A stretch of DNA of 64,000 nt from an uncultured Alphaproteobacteria bacterium (GCA_963827465.1 CAWHBC010000030.1:1422-65421), one strand, 5' to 3'. Counted from the first letter of the stretch, positions 8,881 through 18,650 are shown. A program made the numbers and translations. Notes: generated by a model not told the origin, from the letters alone.

Positions 8881-10290
8881 ATGTTCGATGAGATGCGAGG
8901 CAGCGGGGACGCCGTGCGACCGGCCTATGCCGAGTTGTCGGAATGGCTCACCGAGGTCAAGCCGGACGTGCTGGATTTCCGCCGCCGCGAGGCGGAGCTT
9001 CTGTTCCGGCGCATCGGCATCACCTTTGCCGTCTATGGCGATCCGGAGGCCCAGGAACGCCTCATTCCCTTCGACGTCATCCCGCGCATCATTTCCGCCA
9101 AGGAATGGGAGCTGTTAAAGCGCGGGCTCGAACAGCGCGTCAAAGCCATCAATGCTTACATCAAGGACGTCTATGGCCGCCGCGAAATCCTCAAAGCCGG
9201 CATCGTTCCCGAAGATCTGGTGTTTCAGAATCCGGTATTCCGTCCGGAGATGAACGGGCAAAAAGTCCCGCACGACATTTATGTGCACATTGCCGGCATC
9301 GACATCGTGCGGATCGACGCCGACACCTTTTACGTTCTGGAGGACAATGCGCGCACGCCGTCCGGCGTGTCCTACATGCTGGAGAATCGCGAGATCATGC
9401 TGCGGCTGTTTCCGGAGTTGTTCTCGCGCTATCACGTCGCGCCGGTCGAGAATTATCCCGACGAGCTTCTGGAAACGCTCAAGTCGGTCGCGCCGCCATC
9501 GGCTGCATCCGACCCGACCGTCGTGCTGCTGACGCCGGGCGTCTACAATTCGGCCTATTACGAGCACTCCTTTCTGGCCGACAAGCTCGGCATCGAATTG
9601 GTCGAAGGCCGCGATCTCGTCGTCAAGAACGACGTCGTCTCCATGCGCACGACCGAAGGGCTCAAGCGCGTCGACGTCATCTACCGGCGCATCGACGACG
9701 ATTTCCTCGATCCGCTGGTATTCCGGCCGGACAGCGCACTCGGCGTGCCCGGGCTGATGTCGGCTTATCAGGCCGGCAGCGTCACGCTCGCCAACGCGGT
9801 CGGCACCGGCATCGCCGACGACAAGGCGGTCTACAGCTATATGCCGGATATCGTCAGATTCTTCCTCGGCGAAGAGCCGATCCTGAAAAACGTGCCGACG
9901 TGGCGCTGCCGCGAAGAGGAGCACCTTAGCTATGTCCTCGACAACATCGAAGAACTGGTGGTGAAGGAAGTTCACGGTTCCGGCGGTTACGGCATGCTGA
10001 TCGGGCCGAAAGCGGACAAAGCGAGCGTCGCCGCGTTCCGCGCCAAGCTTAAATCCAATCCGAGAAATTTCATCGGGCAACCCACCCTCGCCTTGTCGAC
10101 CTGCCCGACCTGCGTCGAGGAGGGCATCGCGCCACGCCATGTCGACCTGCGTCCGTTCGTGCTCTCCGGCCGCACCCGCATCCGCATCGTTCCGGGTGGA
10201 TTGACCCGGGTTGCGCTGAAGAAGGGGTCGCTCGTGGTCAATTCGAGCCAAGGCGGCGGCACCAAAGATACCTGGGTGCTGGATGCATGA
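8881..10290 (+). CDS. circularly permuted ATP-grasp protein (COG2308 type), first gene of the Anbu operon
   Basis: ATG at 8881 inside ORF 8245..10290 gives MFDEMRGSGDAVRPAYAELSEWL... The protein is 469 aa. The gene order matches the conserved ATP-grasp/alpha-E/transglutaminase/Anbu cluster. Confidence 0.85.
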   Translation: MFDEMRGSGDAVRPAYAELSEWLTEVKPDVLDFRRREAELLFRRIGITFAVYGDPEAQERLIPFDVIPRIISAKEWELLKRGLEQRVKAINAYIKDVYGRREILKAGIVPEDLVFQNPVFRPEMNGQKVPHDIYVHIAGIDIVRIDADTFYVLEDNARTPSGVSYMLENREIMLRLFPELFSRYHVAPVENYPDELLETLKSVAPPSAASDPTVVLLTPGVYNSAYYEHSFLADKLGIELVEGRDLVVKNDVVSMRTTEGLKRVDVIYRRIDDDFLDPLVFRPDSALGVPGLMSAYQAGSVTLANAVGTGIADDKAVYSYMPDIVRFFLGEEPILKNVPTWRCREEEHLSYVLDNIEELVVKEVHGSGGYGMLIGPKADKASVAAFRAKLKSNPRNFIGQPTLALSTCPTCVEEGIAPRHVDLRPFVLSGRTRIRIVPGGLTRVALKKGSLVVNSSQGGGTKDTWVLDA

Positions 10291-10321
10291 CCGACCGAGC
10301 GAGTAAGAGCTGAGACACGCC

Positions 10322-11263
10322 ATGCTTTCGCGTACCGCCGACAATCTTTACTGGCTCGCCCGCTATGTCGAGCGGGCGGAATATATCGCCCGCATCCTCG
10401 ACACCACACTGCGGCTCACCGCACTGCCGCTCGCCTATGTCGGCAGCACCAATGAATGGGAATTGGCGGTCGCCACGGCCGGCTGCTCCGGCGCGTTTTT
10501 CGAGACTTACGACGAGGCCAATGAAGAGACCGTCATCGAATTCCTCGCCTTCTCCACCGCGAACCCGTCGTCGATCCGCAACTGTTTCGAAAGCGCACGG
10601 TTGAACGCGCGCGCAGTGCGCACCGCTCTGACCATCGAGATGTGGGATGCCATCAACAGCGCCTGGCTCGAGCTCAGACGATGGGGCAACGGTCCGAATT
10701 CCCGCGAGGAATTTGCCCGCTTTCTGCGCTGGGTCCTGGAATTGTCGTTGCGCTTCGATGGCTCGGCCTATCGGACCATGCTGCGCAATGACGCCTACTG
10801 GTTCTCCCGGCTCGGCGTCTATATCGAGCGCGCCGACAACACGGCACGCATTCTCGACGTCAAATATCATCTGCTGCTGCCGGCCGAGGAGAGGGTCGGC
10901 GGACCGCTCGATTACTTTCAATGGTCCTCGATCCTGCGCACGGTCTCGGCGCTCACCGCTTATCACTGGGTCTATCGCGAAAACGTCAAGCCTTGGCTGG
11001 TTGCCGACTTGCTCATCCTCAAAGACGAGATGCCGCGCTCGCTCGCGAGCTGTTACGAGAACCTGGTGCAGAATCTCGATCGTATCGCCAATGCCTATGG
11101 CCGCCAGGGGCCGGCGCAGCGCCATGCCCGCGCCGTGCGCGGCCGGCTGGAAAACGCGAAAATCGAGGGCATTTTCCAGAACGGCCTGCACGAATTTATC
11201 GACGAATTCGTCGAGGACAATAACCGGCTGGGAAGCGCAGTCTCGCAGCAGTATCTGCTGTGA
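10322..11263 (+). CDS. alpha-E domain protein (COG2307 type)
   Basis: 313 aa. Starts MLSRTADNLYWLARYVERAEYIARILD and has the second half-repeat YWFSRLGVYIERADNTARILD, typical of alpha-E proteins. Confidence 0.85.
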   Translation: MLSRTADNLYWLARYVERAEYIARILDTTLRLTALPLAYVGSTNEWELAVATAGCSGAFFETYDEANEETVIEFLAFSTANPSSIRNCFESARLNARAVRTALTIEMWDAINSAWLELRRWGNGPNSREEFARFLRWVLELSLRFDGSAYRTMLRNDAYWFSRLGVYIERADNTARILDVKYHLLLPAEERVGGPLDYFQWSSILRTVSALTAYHWVYRENVKPWLVADLLILKDEMPRSLASCYENLVQNLDRIANAYGRQGPAQRHARAVRGRLENAKIEGIFQNGLHEFIDEFVEDNNRLGSAVSQQYLL

Positions 11264-11371
11264 ACGGGAATCGGTCGCCGGCCGTTCGGTAATCGGAAAA
11301 GCAACGCGACATGGCGCGTGATGTCGTCTATCGTCTGACTGCCGATTGCCGATGGCCGACTTCTGATCCAC

Positions 11372-12178
11372 ATGCGTATCCATATCGCCCACCGCAATGT
11401 CTACCGCTACGATCCGCCGGCGACCGGTGTGATCCAAGTGCTGCGGCTCACCCCGCGAAATTACGAAGGCCAGTACGTCGCCAATTGGCGCATCGACGTG
11501 TCGGCCGATGCCAGGCTGGCGGCGCACGAGGATGCGTTCGGCAATATCACCCACACCTTCTCCGCCGACGGACCTTTTAGGGAGCTTGTCGTCCAGGTCG
11601 ACGGCGTGGTCGAGACGCAGAACGCCAATGGTATCGTGCGCGGCACTGTCGAACGTTTCGGACCGAGTCTGTTCCTGCGCGACACCGCCTTGACCCAGGC
11701 CGATCCGGCGATTCGCAGCTTCGCCCACAGCACCGCCACGGCACAGGAGGGCGGCGTATTGGCGCAGCTCCACGCCCTGCTCGACCGGCTGCATGACGAA
11801 ATGCACCACGAGGCCGATGACGCTCCGGGCGCCGCCAACGCCGCCGAGGCGTTTGCCCGCAAAGGCGGGCCGTCGCGGGACTTGAGTTACATTTTCATCT
11901 CGGCGGCCCATGCGCTCGATATTCCGGCGCGCTTTGTCGGCGGCTATTATCGCGGCGACGACGCCGTTGCCGCGCAGCCGGCGGCGCATGCCTGGGTCGA
12001 GGCATCGGTGCCGGACCTCGGCTGGGTTGCCTTCGATCCGGCCAACGGTTTCTGCCCGACCGAAGGTCATGTGCGGGTTGCCGTGGGGCTCGATGCGCTC
12101 GGGGCGGCGCCGGTGCGCGGCATGCGATACGGCCCCGGCGCCGAAACCCTCGCGGTGGCGATCAAAGTCGGCCAATAA
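11372..12178 (+). CDS. transglutaminase-like cysteine protease family protein
   Basis: 268 aa. N-terminal bacterial transglutaminase-N pattern (MRIHIAHRNVYRYDPP) and C-terminal HAWVEA...GWVAFDPANG core. Confidence 0.85.
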   Translation: MRIHIAHRNVYRYDPPATGVIQVLRLTPRNYEGQYVANWRIDVSADARLAAHEDAFGNITHTFSADGPFRELVVQVDGVVETQNANGIVRGTVERFGPSLFLRDTALTQADPAIRSFAHSTATAQEGGVLAQLHALLDRLHDEMHHEADDAPGAANAAEAFARKGGPSRDLSYIFISAAHALDIPARFVGGYYRGDDAVAAQPAAHAWVEASVPDLGWVAFDPANGFCPTEGHVRVAVGLDALGAAPVRGMRYGPGAETLAVAIKVGQ

Positions 12179-12247
12179 GGGTTCGATCCGCCTACGCCGC
12201 CGGACCGGGATGTTGTATAGACCCCGCTGTTGGGGAGCGCTGAGTCG

Positions 12248-12997
12248 ATGACCTATTGCTGCGGCATATTGGTGCGCGAAGGGCTGGTGATGTTCGCCGA
12301 TACGCGGACCAATGCCGGCGTCGACAACATCTCGACTTTCCGCAAGCTGCATATTTTCAAGGACCCCAAGAAGCGGGTGATGGCGATCGCGTCGGCGGGC
12401 AATCTTTCGATCAGCCAGTCGGTGGTCAGCATCCTCAACGAGGGCTACGAGAATCCGGAGACCGGCGAGCACGAAACGCTGATGAACTCGCCGACCATGT
12501 TCCAGGCCGCCCAGCGCGTCGGCCACGTCATCCGCATGATCCACGCCACCGAAGGCAAGGCGCTCGAAGCTTCCGACGTCAGCTTCGACGTCTCGTTCCT
12601 GTTCGGCGGCCAGATCATGGGCGAACGCATGCGGCTGTTCATGATCTATTCGGCCGGAAACTTCATCGAATGCACCACCGACACGCCTTACCTGCAGATC
12701 GGCGAGCACAAATACGGCAAGCCCGTGCTCGATCGCGCCATCACCTATGAAATGGACATTTACGACGGGCTGAAGGTCGGCCTGGTTTCGATCGATTCGA
12801 CCATGCGGTCCAATCTGTCGGTCGGCCTGCCGATCGACGTCCTGGTATTGCGCCGCGACACCTGCGACCCGGAACTCATTTACCGCATCGAGCCCGGCGA
12901 GCCGTATTTCACCGACCTGCGCGAGCGCTGGTCGTCGGCGCTGCGCGCCGCCCATATCGGCATTCCGCGCCCGCCTTATCTCAACAAGCGGGCCTGA
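12248..12997 (+). CDS. Anbu (ancestral beta subunit) proteasome-type peptidase
   Basis: MTYCCGILVREGLVMFADTRTNAG places Thr directly after the initiator Met (Ntn nucleophile position). Proteasome beta-like length. It is the last gene of the four-gene cluster. Confidence 0.8.
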   Translation: MTYCCGILVREGLVMFADTRTNAGVDNISTFRKLHIFKDPKKRVMAIASAGNLSISQSVVSILNEGYENPETGEHETLMNSPTMFQAAQRVGHVIRMIHATEGKALEASDVSFDVSFLFGGQIMGERMRLFMIYSAGNFIECTTDTPYLQIGEHKYGKPVLDRAITYEMDIYDGLKVGLVSIDSTMRSNLSVGLPIDVLVLRRDTCDPELIYRIEPGEPYFTDLRERWSSALRAAHIGIPRPPYLNKRA

Positions 12998-13158
12998 GCG
13001 CGCGCTTTGCCGGCCGGCCATCGTTTACGTCTCGTTAACGACGGCGGCCGGAAGGACGCGCGATACAGCCTGGGCGCGCGTCCGCGGTCATATTGCAAGC
13101 CATTGGAAAGCTTTGCTCTCTAAGTTCCCTCCCGAGCCAGTGACGCAAAGGGTGGAAC

Positions 13159-15420
13159 GTGTTGCCTTCGGCGCGTTTGCAAATCGCCGGGGAAAGGCAA
13201 GGGTCGCGGTGGGATCAGGCGCGCCTGGTTCTTCCGCTCGGCGCTATCGTTGTGATTGCGATCGTCTGCATCGTCGTCGCGGTGGTCGCTTCCGCCCGGC
13301 GCGCCGACGAGGTTGCCTTCAGCACCCAGCGCGAACTGATCAAGCAGTCGATCTTCGAGCACGGCCAGCACGCCCTGCACCTGGCCGAAGGCGTCACCGC
13401 CGCACCGCAAGCCGTCGCCAAGATACGCGACGGCTTCGACCCGCAATGGGTCGATCAACAGGTCGGCTCCTGGCTGGCAAAGTCTGATTTCGACCTGGTG
13501 GCGATCGTCGGCCCCGACGACAATCTCGAATTCAGCCGTTACCTCGACGGCGTCTTTAATCCGCCGACGGATCTGGCCGTGCAATTCAAGCCGACGGTCG
13601 ATCTGTTGCGCGGCCGGCTCACGGCGTTTCCCGGGCAGAGCCTGCCGCTGATCGAGGGCCAAAATCCGGCGGATCCGGGCTACAAGACCGTCCTCATCGA
13701 AAGCTTTCTCGACCGGCCGGTCTATATCACGGCCATCGCGGTCGGCTCCGCCGCCGATTTGGCGCATGGCAACGGCCATGCCCCGATCGTGCTCGCGGTC
13801 AAAAGCCTCGGCAGCCGCCTGTTGACCAAGATCGGCAGCCATTTGCAGTTGGCCAATCTGCACATGATCGAGGACCCGAGACAGGCCGGCAACGACAGCA
13901 CCGTCGATCTCGCCGATCCGCAGGGCACCGCCGTCATCCGCCTGGCGTGGCAGTCCACCCAGCCCGGCGGCGCCATCGTCGTTAGCGTCGTGCCTTTTGT
14001 CGCGGTGGCCCTTGCCGGATTCGCGCTGTTTATGTGGCTCGGCATCCGCTACATGCGGCGCACCGCCGCCGACCTCGCCGCCGGCGAGCGCCAGCTTCGC
14101 CACCTGGCGCTGCACGACCCGGTCTGCGGCCTGCCCAACCGCATTTATTTCGGCGAGCGGCTCGAACAGAGCATCAACAATGTGCGCGGCGGCGGCCTGT
14201 CCGCCGCGGTTTTCTACATCGACCTCGATCACTTCAAGGACGTCAACGATACGCTCGGCCACCATATCGGCGACGAACTGATCCTCAACGTCACCCAACG
14301 CCTGAGCCGCATCATGCGCGGCGACGACCTCGTCGCCCGGCTCGGCGGCGACGAATTCGCCATCATCACCACCTGCGCCTCGGATTCCTATTCGCTGCAG
14401 GCGATCGCCGGGCGCATCATCGCCGCGGTCTGCGCGCCCTACGCCATCTCCGGGCATAACATCATCATCGGCGCCTCGATCGGGATTGCCGTGATCGACC
14501 GCCGCGTCGGCGACGCCGCCGATATTCTGCGCTACGCCGACATGGCGCTCTATCGCGCCAAGAACGAGGGCCGCAACCGCGCCTGCATCTACGACGCGGC
14601 GATGGACGCCGATCTGTCCAGCCGCAAATTGCTCGAAGGCGATCTGCTGCAGGCGATCAAGACCGACGGCCTGCGCTCGCACTATCAGCCGATCGTCAAC
14701 GCCGCCGGCGATACCGTGGTCGGCGTCGAGGCGCTGGCGCGCTGGCAGCATCCGACCCACGGCGACATTCCGCCGTCGCGCTTCATTCCGATCGCCGAGC
14801 ATTCGGGACTGATCATCGAGCTCGGCGAGTGGATGCTGCGGCGCGCCTGCCTCGACGGCCGCAACTGGCCGAATCTCGCCGTCTCGGTGAACGTGTCGCC
14901 GCTGCAATTCCGCCGTTCCGACTTCGTCGAAGTGGTCGAGCGCATCCTTACCGAGACCGATTTCGACGCCAGCCGCCTCGAGCTCGAGCTCACCGAGAGC
15001 ACGCTGCTCGGCAACCTGGAGACCGCCGAACTGTCGATGCTCCGGCTGAAGGCGATCGGCGTGCGCTTCGCACTCGACGATTTCGGCACCGGCTATTCGA
15101 GCCTGCTCTATCTGCGGCGCTTCCCCTTCGACAAGCTCAAGATCGATTCGAGCTTCGTGCGCGCGATCGAGAAGGCGCCGGATGCGGCGGCCATCGTGCA
15201 CGCGGTGGTGTCGCTCGGCCGCGGTCTCGGCATGAAGGTCACCGCGGAGGGCGTGGAGACCGCCGAGCAGCATCTGTTCCTGCGCGCCGCCGGCGTGCAT
15301 TCGATGCAGGGCTACCGCTTCGGCAAGCCCGGCCCCGCGGGCGAGATCGACGACCGGCTGGCCGCCCCCGACGCCTACCGCGTCGGCAGCCCCGACAAGG
15401 AAGTCGCGCTGGCGAGCTAG
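13159..15420 (+). CDS. membrane-anchored GGDEF-EAL (diguanylate cyclase/phosphodiesterase) sensor protein
   Basis: 753 aa. Two transmembrane segments flank a periplasmic-type domain. Carries RLGGDEFAII and EALARWQHP...DDFGTGYSSL motifs. Confidence 0.9.
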   Translation: MLPSARLQIAGERQGSRWDQARLVLPLGAIVVIAIVCIVVAVVASARRADEVAFSTQRELIKQSIFEHGQHALHLAEGVTAAPQAVAKIRDGFDPQWVDQQVGSWLAKSDFDLVAIVGPDDNLEFSRYLDGVFNPPTDLAVQFKPTVDLLRGRLTAFPGQSLPLIEGQNPADPGYKTVLIESFLDRPVYITAIAVGSAADLAHGNGHAPIVLAVKSLGSRLLTKIGSHLQLANLHMIEDPRQAGNDSTVDLADPQGTAVIRLAWQSTQPGGAIVVSVVPFVAVALAGFALFMWLGIRYMRRTAADLAAGERQLRHLALHDPVCGLPNRIYFGERLEQSINNVRGGGLSAAVFYIDLDHFKDVNDTLGHHIGDELILNVTQRLSRIMRGDDLVARLGGDEFAIITTCASDSYSLQAIAGRIIAAVCAPYAISGHNIIIGASIGIAVIDRRVGDAADILRYADMALYRAKNEGRNRACIYDAAMDADLSSRKLLEGDLLQAIKTDGLRSHYQPIVNAAGDTVVGVEALARWQHPTHGDIPPSRFIPIAEHSGLIIELGEWMLRRACLDGRNWPNLAVSVNVSPLQFRRSDFVEVVERILTETDFDASRLELELTESTLLGNLETAELSMLRLKAIGVRFALDDFGTGYSSLLYLRRFPFDKLKIDSSFVRAIEKAPDAAAIVHAVVSLGRGLGMKVTAEGVETAEQHLFLRAAGVHSMQGYRFGKPGPAGEIDDRLAAPDAYRVGSPDKEVALAS

Positions 15421-15528
15421 GCGCCTGTCGTGCCCGCGAAAGCGGGCATCCAGTAATCGCCGGCCGTGGTGTACAATCGCAAGCTTCGAGGATACTGGAT
15501 CGTCCGCCTTCGCGGACGATGACAAGCG

Positions 15529-16312
15529 TTGAGCAATGGGGAGGCGCACTTGGCCGCAAAAAAGGTTGCAGTGGTGACGGGAGCCGGGACCGGAGTCGGC
15601 CGGGCGGTGACGCTGGCGCTGATGAAGGAGGGCTATGCGGTGGTGCTGGCCGGCCGGCGCAAGGACATGCTGGAAGCGGTCGCCAAGGAAGGCGCCCAGA
15701 CCCCCGGCGAAGCGCTGTGCGTGCAAACCGACGTCGCCGATCCGGCCTCGATCAAGGCGCTGTTCGCCAAGGTCAAGGAGACCTATGGCCGGCTCGATCT
15801 TTTGTTCAACAATGCCGGCATCGGCGCCCCGGCGATGCCGATCGAGGACATCCCGTTCGACAAATGGCAGGCTGTCGTCGCCACCAATCTCACCGGCGTG
15901 TTCCTGTGCACCCAGGAAGCGGTCAGGATCATGAAGGCGCAAAACCCGCGCGGCGGGCGCATCGTCAATAACGGCTCGATCTCGGCGCACACGCCGCGCC
16001 CGGGCGCCGCGCCTTATTCCGCCACCAAGCACGCCGTCAGCGGGCTCACCAAGCAGACCGCGCTCGACTGCCGCGGCTACGACATCTGCTGCGGCCAGAT
16101 CGACATCGGCAATGCCGCGACGCCCGCTCACCGACCGCATGGTGCAGGGCGAAGGCGTGCTGCAGCCCGACGGCACCAAAAAGATCGAAGCGCGCATGGC
16201 CGCCGACGACGTCGGCCGCGCCGTGGTCTACATGGCAAGCCTGCCGCTCGACACCAACGTGCTGTTCATGACGGTGATGGCCAATCTGATGCCGTTCGTC
16301 GGGCGGGGGTAA
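15529..16312 (+). pseudogene. short-chain dehydrogenase/reductase (SDR), frame broken near 16123-16127
   Basis: Carries [16 protein letters not shown] and YSATKHAV. After IDIGNAATP the frame gives Arg-rich nonsense. ORF 16112..16312 supplies the expected end ([16 protein letters not shown]...[16 protein letters not shown]). One extra base in the run cgcccgctc explains the break. Confidence 0.8.
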
Positions 16313-16322
16313 AGCGATTTTC

Positions 16323-16352
16323 AAAAAGTACGAGGCCAAAAAGTACGAGGCT
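16323..16352. repeat. tandem direct repeat 2 x 15 bp (aaaaagtacgaggcc / aaaaagtacgaggct)
   Basis: Read directly from the sequence, just after the SDR stop. Confidence 0.9.
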
Positions 16353-16358
16353 TTGTCT

Positions 16359-16483
16359 CCCGGATGCGGTGCAGCGTGAAACGGTGCACCGCTGATCCGG
16401 GACCGTCGTAGACTCAGCGTGCTTGACGATCCCGGTTCTGCAGCGCACCACTTCGCTCCGCTTCGTGCTGCGCAGCGCCCGGG
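16359..16483. repeat. two REP-like imperfect palindromes
   Basis: cccggatgcggtgcagcg...cggtgcaccgctgatccggg (16359-16401) and cccggttctgcagcgcac...gtgctgcgcagcgcccggg (16431-16483). Both have GC-rich arms ending in CCCGG/CCGGG. Confidence 0.7.
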
Positions 16484-16537
16484 ATATGCAGTTGCATTAA
16501 TCCATCTGTTTTGCCGAACAGAATAGTACCGGTACAA

Positions 16538-17047
16538 ATGCTCTCCACCTGGCATGAATTCTATACTCTCCTCGGCACCGCGGCGGCGGCGCTGGTGGCG
16601 CTGTTGTTCGTCGCGGTATCGATCGCGACTGACGTGCTGACCACCGAACCGGAGAGCCAGCGCAACACCGCGACCTATATGACCCCGGTCGTGTTCCATT
16701 ACGCCAATCTGTTGTTTCTCAGCCTGATCGTTCTGGTTCCGACGCAGACCTGGGAATCCTTCGGCATCGTCATCGCCGTGGCCTCGATCGGCAGCTTCGG
16801 CTATTCGCTCGTCGTCATGATGCGCGTGCACCGCAATTCCATCTCGGATTTTTCCGACCGCCTCGGCTACGGCGCGGTGCCGATGCTGTGCTACGCCGCG
16901 GGCCTGGTGTCCTCCTGGCTCATTTTCCAGGAACGGACCGCGGGGCTTGATCTTCTGGCCGCGGCGGCGCTGTCGTTGCTCGTGATCAATATCCGCAACG
17001 CCTGGGATCTGATGATTTCGCTGGCGCGGCGGGTGAAGCCGCGCTGA
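16538..17047 (+). CDS. hypothetical membrane protein
   Basis: ORF 16511..17047 with an ATG at 16538. At least four hydrophobic helices. No family recognised. Confidence 0.55.
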   Translation: MLSTWHEFYTLLGTAAAALVALLFVAVSIATDVLTTEPESQRNTATYMTPVVFHYANLLFLSLIVLVPTQTWESFGIVIAVASIGSFGYSLVVMMRVHRNSISDFSDRLGYGAVPMLCYAAGLVSSWLIFQERTAGLDLLAAAALSLLVINIRNAWDLMISLARRVKPR

Positions 17048-17113
17048 ACGGCGAGACCGCTGTCCCGCACATTGGCACGACGACCCTACCCCTTTCATCG
17101 TCGCCCAGCGCGA

Positions 17114-17485
17114 TCAGGAAACGGCGCTCACGGTAATTTTCGCACCGGCTTTGACCTTCGCCAGCGTCTTCACGTCGCCGCGCGCTTTCGCCCAGATATT
17201 GCAGGGGCTGGCGAGCCGGGTTTCGCCGCCTTGCGAAATCGGCGTGCGGCCGAAGCCGATGGCGATGGCGTGGCCGTCCGGCCAATAGGCGATCTCGCCC
17301 GGCGTCACCACCGCGCGCGCATCTTTTTCGCGCGCGACCTGCACCGGAATCTCGAAATAGACTTCCTCGCCCCAGGTCAGCGCCGACGCGGTGAACGGCA
17401 GCGCCCGCTCGATCGCTTTCGCCGTCGGCGTGTCGAGCGTGTCAACGTCAAGCGTGAGCGAACCGAAGTCGAAGCGGATATGCAT
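17114..17485 (-). CDS. cyclophilin-like fold protein (DUF3830-like)
   Basis: 123 aa. The pattern [11 protein letters not shown]...[17 protein letters not shown] recalls the cyclophilin-like superfamily (from memory). Confidence 0.65.
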   Translation of the reverse strand: MHIRFDFGSLTLDVDTLDTPTAKAIERALPFTASALTWGEEVYFEIPVQVAREKDARAVVTPGEIAYWPDGHAIAIGFGRTPISQGGETRLASPCNIWAKARGDVKTLAKVKAGAKITVSAVS

Positions 17486-17570
17486 AGTGTCTTCCTTGCC
17501 GATCAGTTGACCCGTTACCCATGTCGCCGGTCTATTCTGTCACCCATCTAGCCGGTTTGGACCCCTGCTC

Positions 17571-17594
17571 CCTCTCCCCGCGTGCGGGGAGAGG
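17571..17594. repeat. palindromic REP-like hairpin cctctccccg-cgtg-cggggagagg
   Basis: 10-bp perfect arms and a 4-nt loop. It lies inside a roughly 600-bp stretch without credible coding. Confidence 0.8.
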
Positions 17595-18104
17595 TGGCAA
17601 GCCTCCATCGTTCTCGCGATGCCCCTTCGCATCCGAGGTCTCCCCACGCCACGGTAAGAAAGCCCTTCCATCATCTGCCCCCCTTCAAAAAGAAGGGAGG
17701 CGGGCGCCGCTTGGCGCGCCCCGGGGATCCGTCCTCGCCGCAGATAGGACAAAAGCCTGCTGCGAGGCCGGCGAGCACCATCGCTTCTTCCCGCTACCGT
17801 GCGGGATGAAAGCGGCGGCGCCCTCGCCTTACGGCGCCCACCGCGGTCATGCGCCGAGAGTGTGACCTCTCGACTCGGCCTCGGGCCGCGCTTCCTGGAA
17901 TCACCGGGTGCAAACGGGAGGACCCTCCCCGGCGCCAGTGCAGCGAGCACCTCGCACTCCGATCACGCGCCGGAGGGTTCGATGCCCAAGGCCGCCCGGC
18001 ATGCAGTGTATCGCTGCATCCCGGGAACCGCTCCCGCCCCGTCTCCGGAGTACCCTCGCGAAGGCGTCCCTTCGAGGGCGGAATGATTTGTCACGGTATG
18101 TAGT

Positions 18105-18386
18105 CTAAACGGGGACATTTGTCAAGCGTCGTCGCGTTATCGGCGACGCACCGCTGCGAGGCCGTGATGGCCACGCTGTCCGGGCCATCCACTCATCGAG
18201 AAAGACGCGGGCAAAGAAGGCGGGATCGCGCAATGGCTCGACCATCTCGCCGCCCTCGGCGATCATATCGGCAAAATCACGCTCGCCTTCGGTGCCGTCG
18301 GAAAAGCCGATTGCCAGCCGATAGCCGCTGTGCGGCTCGACCCGCGTCACGTCGATCAGTTCGAATATCTGGTCCCGCACGTTCAT
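18105..18386 (-). CDS. DUF2442 domain protein
   Basis: MNVRDQIFELIDVTRVEPHSGYRLAIGFSDGTEGERDFADMI...LRDPAFFARVFLDE. The ATG overlaps the stop of the upstream DUF4160 remnant (ATGA). The C-terminal tail looks atypical. Confidence 0.55.
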   Translation of the reverse strand: MNVRDQIFELIDVTRVEPHSGYRLAIGFSDGTEGERDFADMIAEGGEMVEPLRDPAFFARVFLDEWMARTAWPSRPRSGASPITRRRLTNVPV

Positions 18387-18650
18387 TCTACGTCTGCTCC
18401 CGGGATGCGCTGCAAGGGCCGCCGTGCTCGCGCTCGCTCCCAATTGTCTAGCAACTCCTCACGATGCCGGCCGGCCCAGTCACGAACAAGGCGATGCACC
18501 GCGGGTGGCAACGTGCCGGCGATGATAGCACCGGTTTCGACCAATCCCGGCCCGATAGCGTTGATAAGCGACATGAAAATGCGGCGGCGGATGGTCCGAG
18601 AAGAACATCCGGACCGCGATACCGAAGAACCGCTACTGCCGACTTGGCAC
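18383..18650 (-). pseudogene. DUF4160 domain gene remnant (in-frame TAG plus one frameshift)
   Basis: One frame reads (V)PSRQ*RFFGIAVRMFFSDHPPPHFHVAYQRY with a TAG at 18633-18635. Another frame continues LVETGAIIAGTLPPAVHRLVRDWAGRHREELLDNWERA. The switch is near 18541-18560. Confidence 0.6.

Noticed and set aside
10238-13021. 927-aa minus-strand ORF spanning the alpha-E, transglutaminase and Anbu genes
   Set aside because: Same reasoning. It is the antisense shadow of four well-supported plus-strand genes, and its product is low-complexity.
13120-16197. 1025-aa ORF on the minus strand, the longest ORF in that region
   Set aside because: It is antisense to the GGDEF-EAL and SDR genes, which have clear motifs. 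Its translation is Arg/Ala/Gly/Asp-rich with no recognisable domain. Long stop-free antisense frames are expected in GC-rich DNA.
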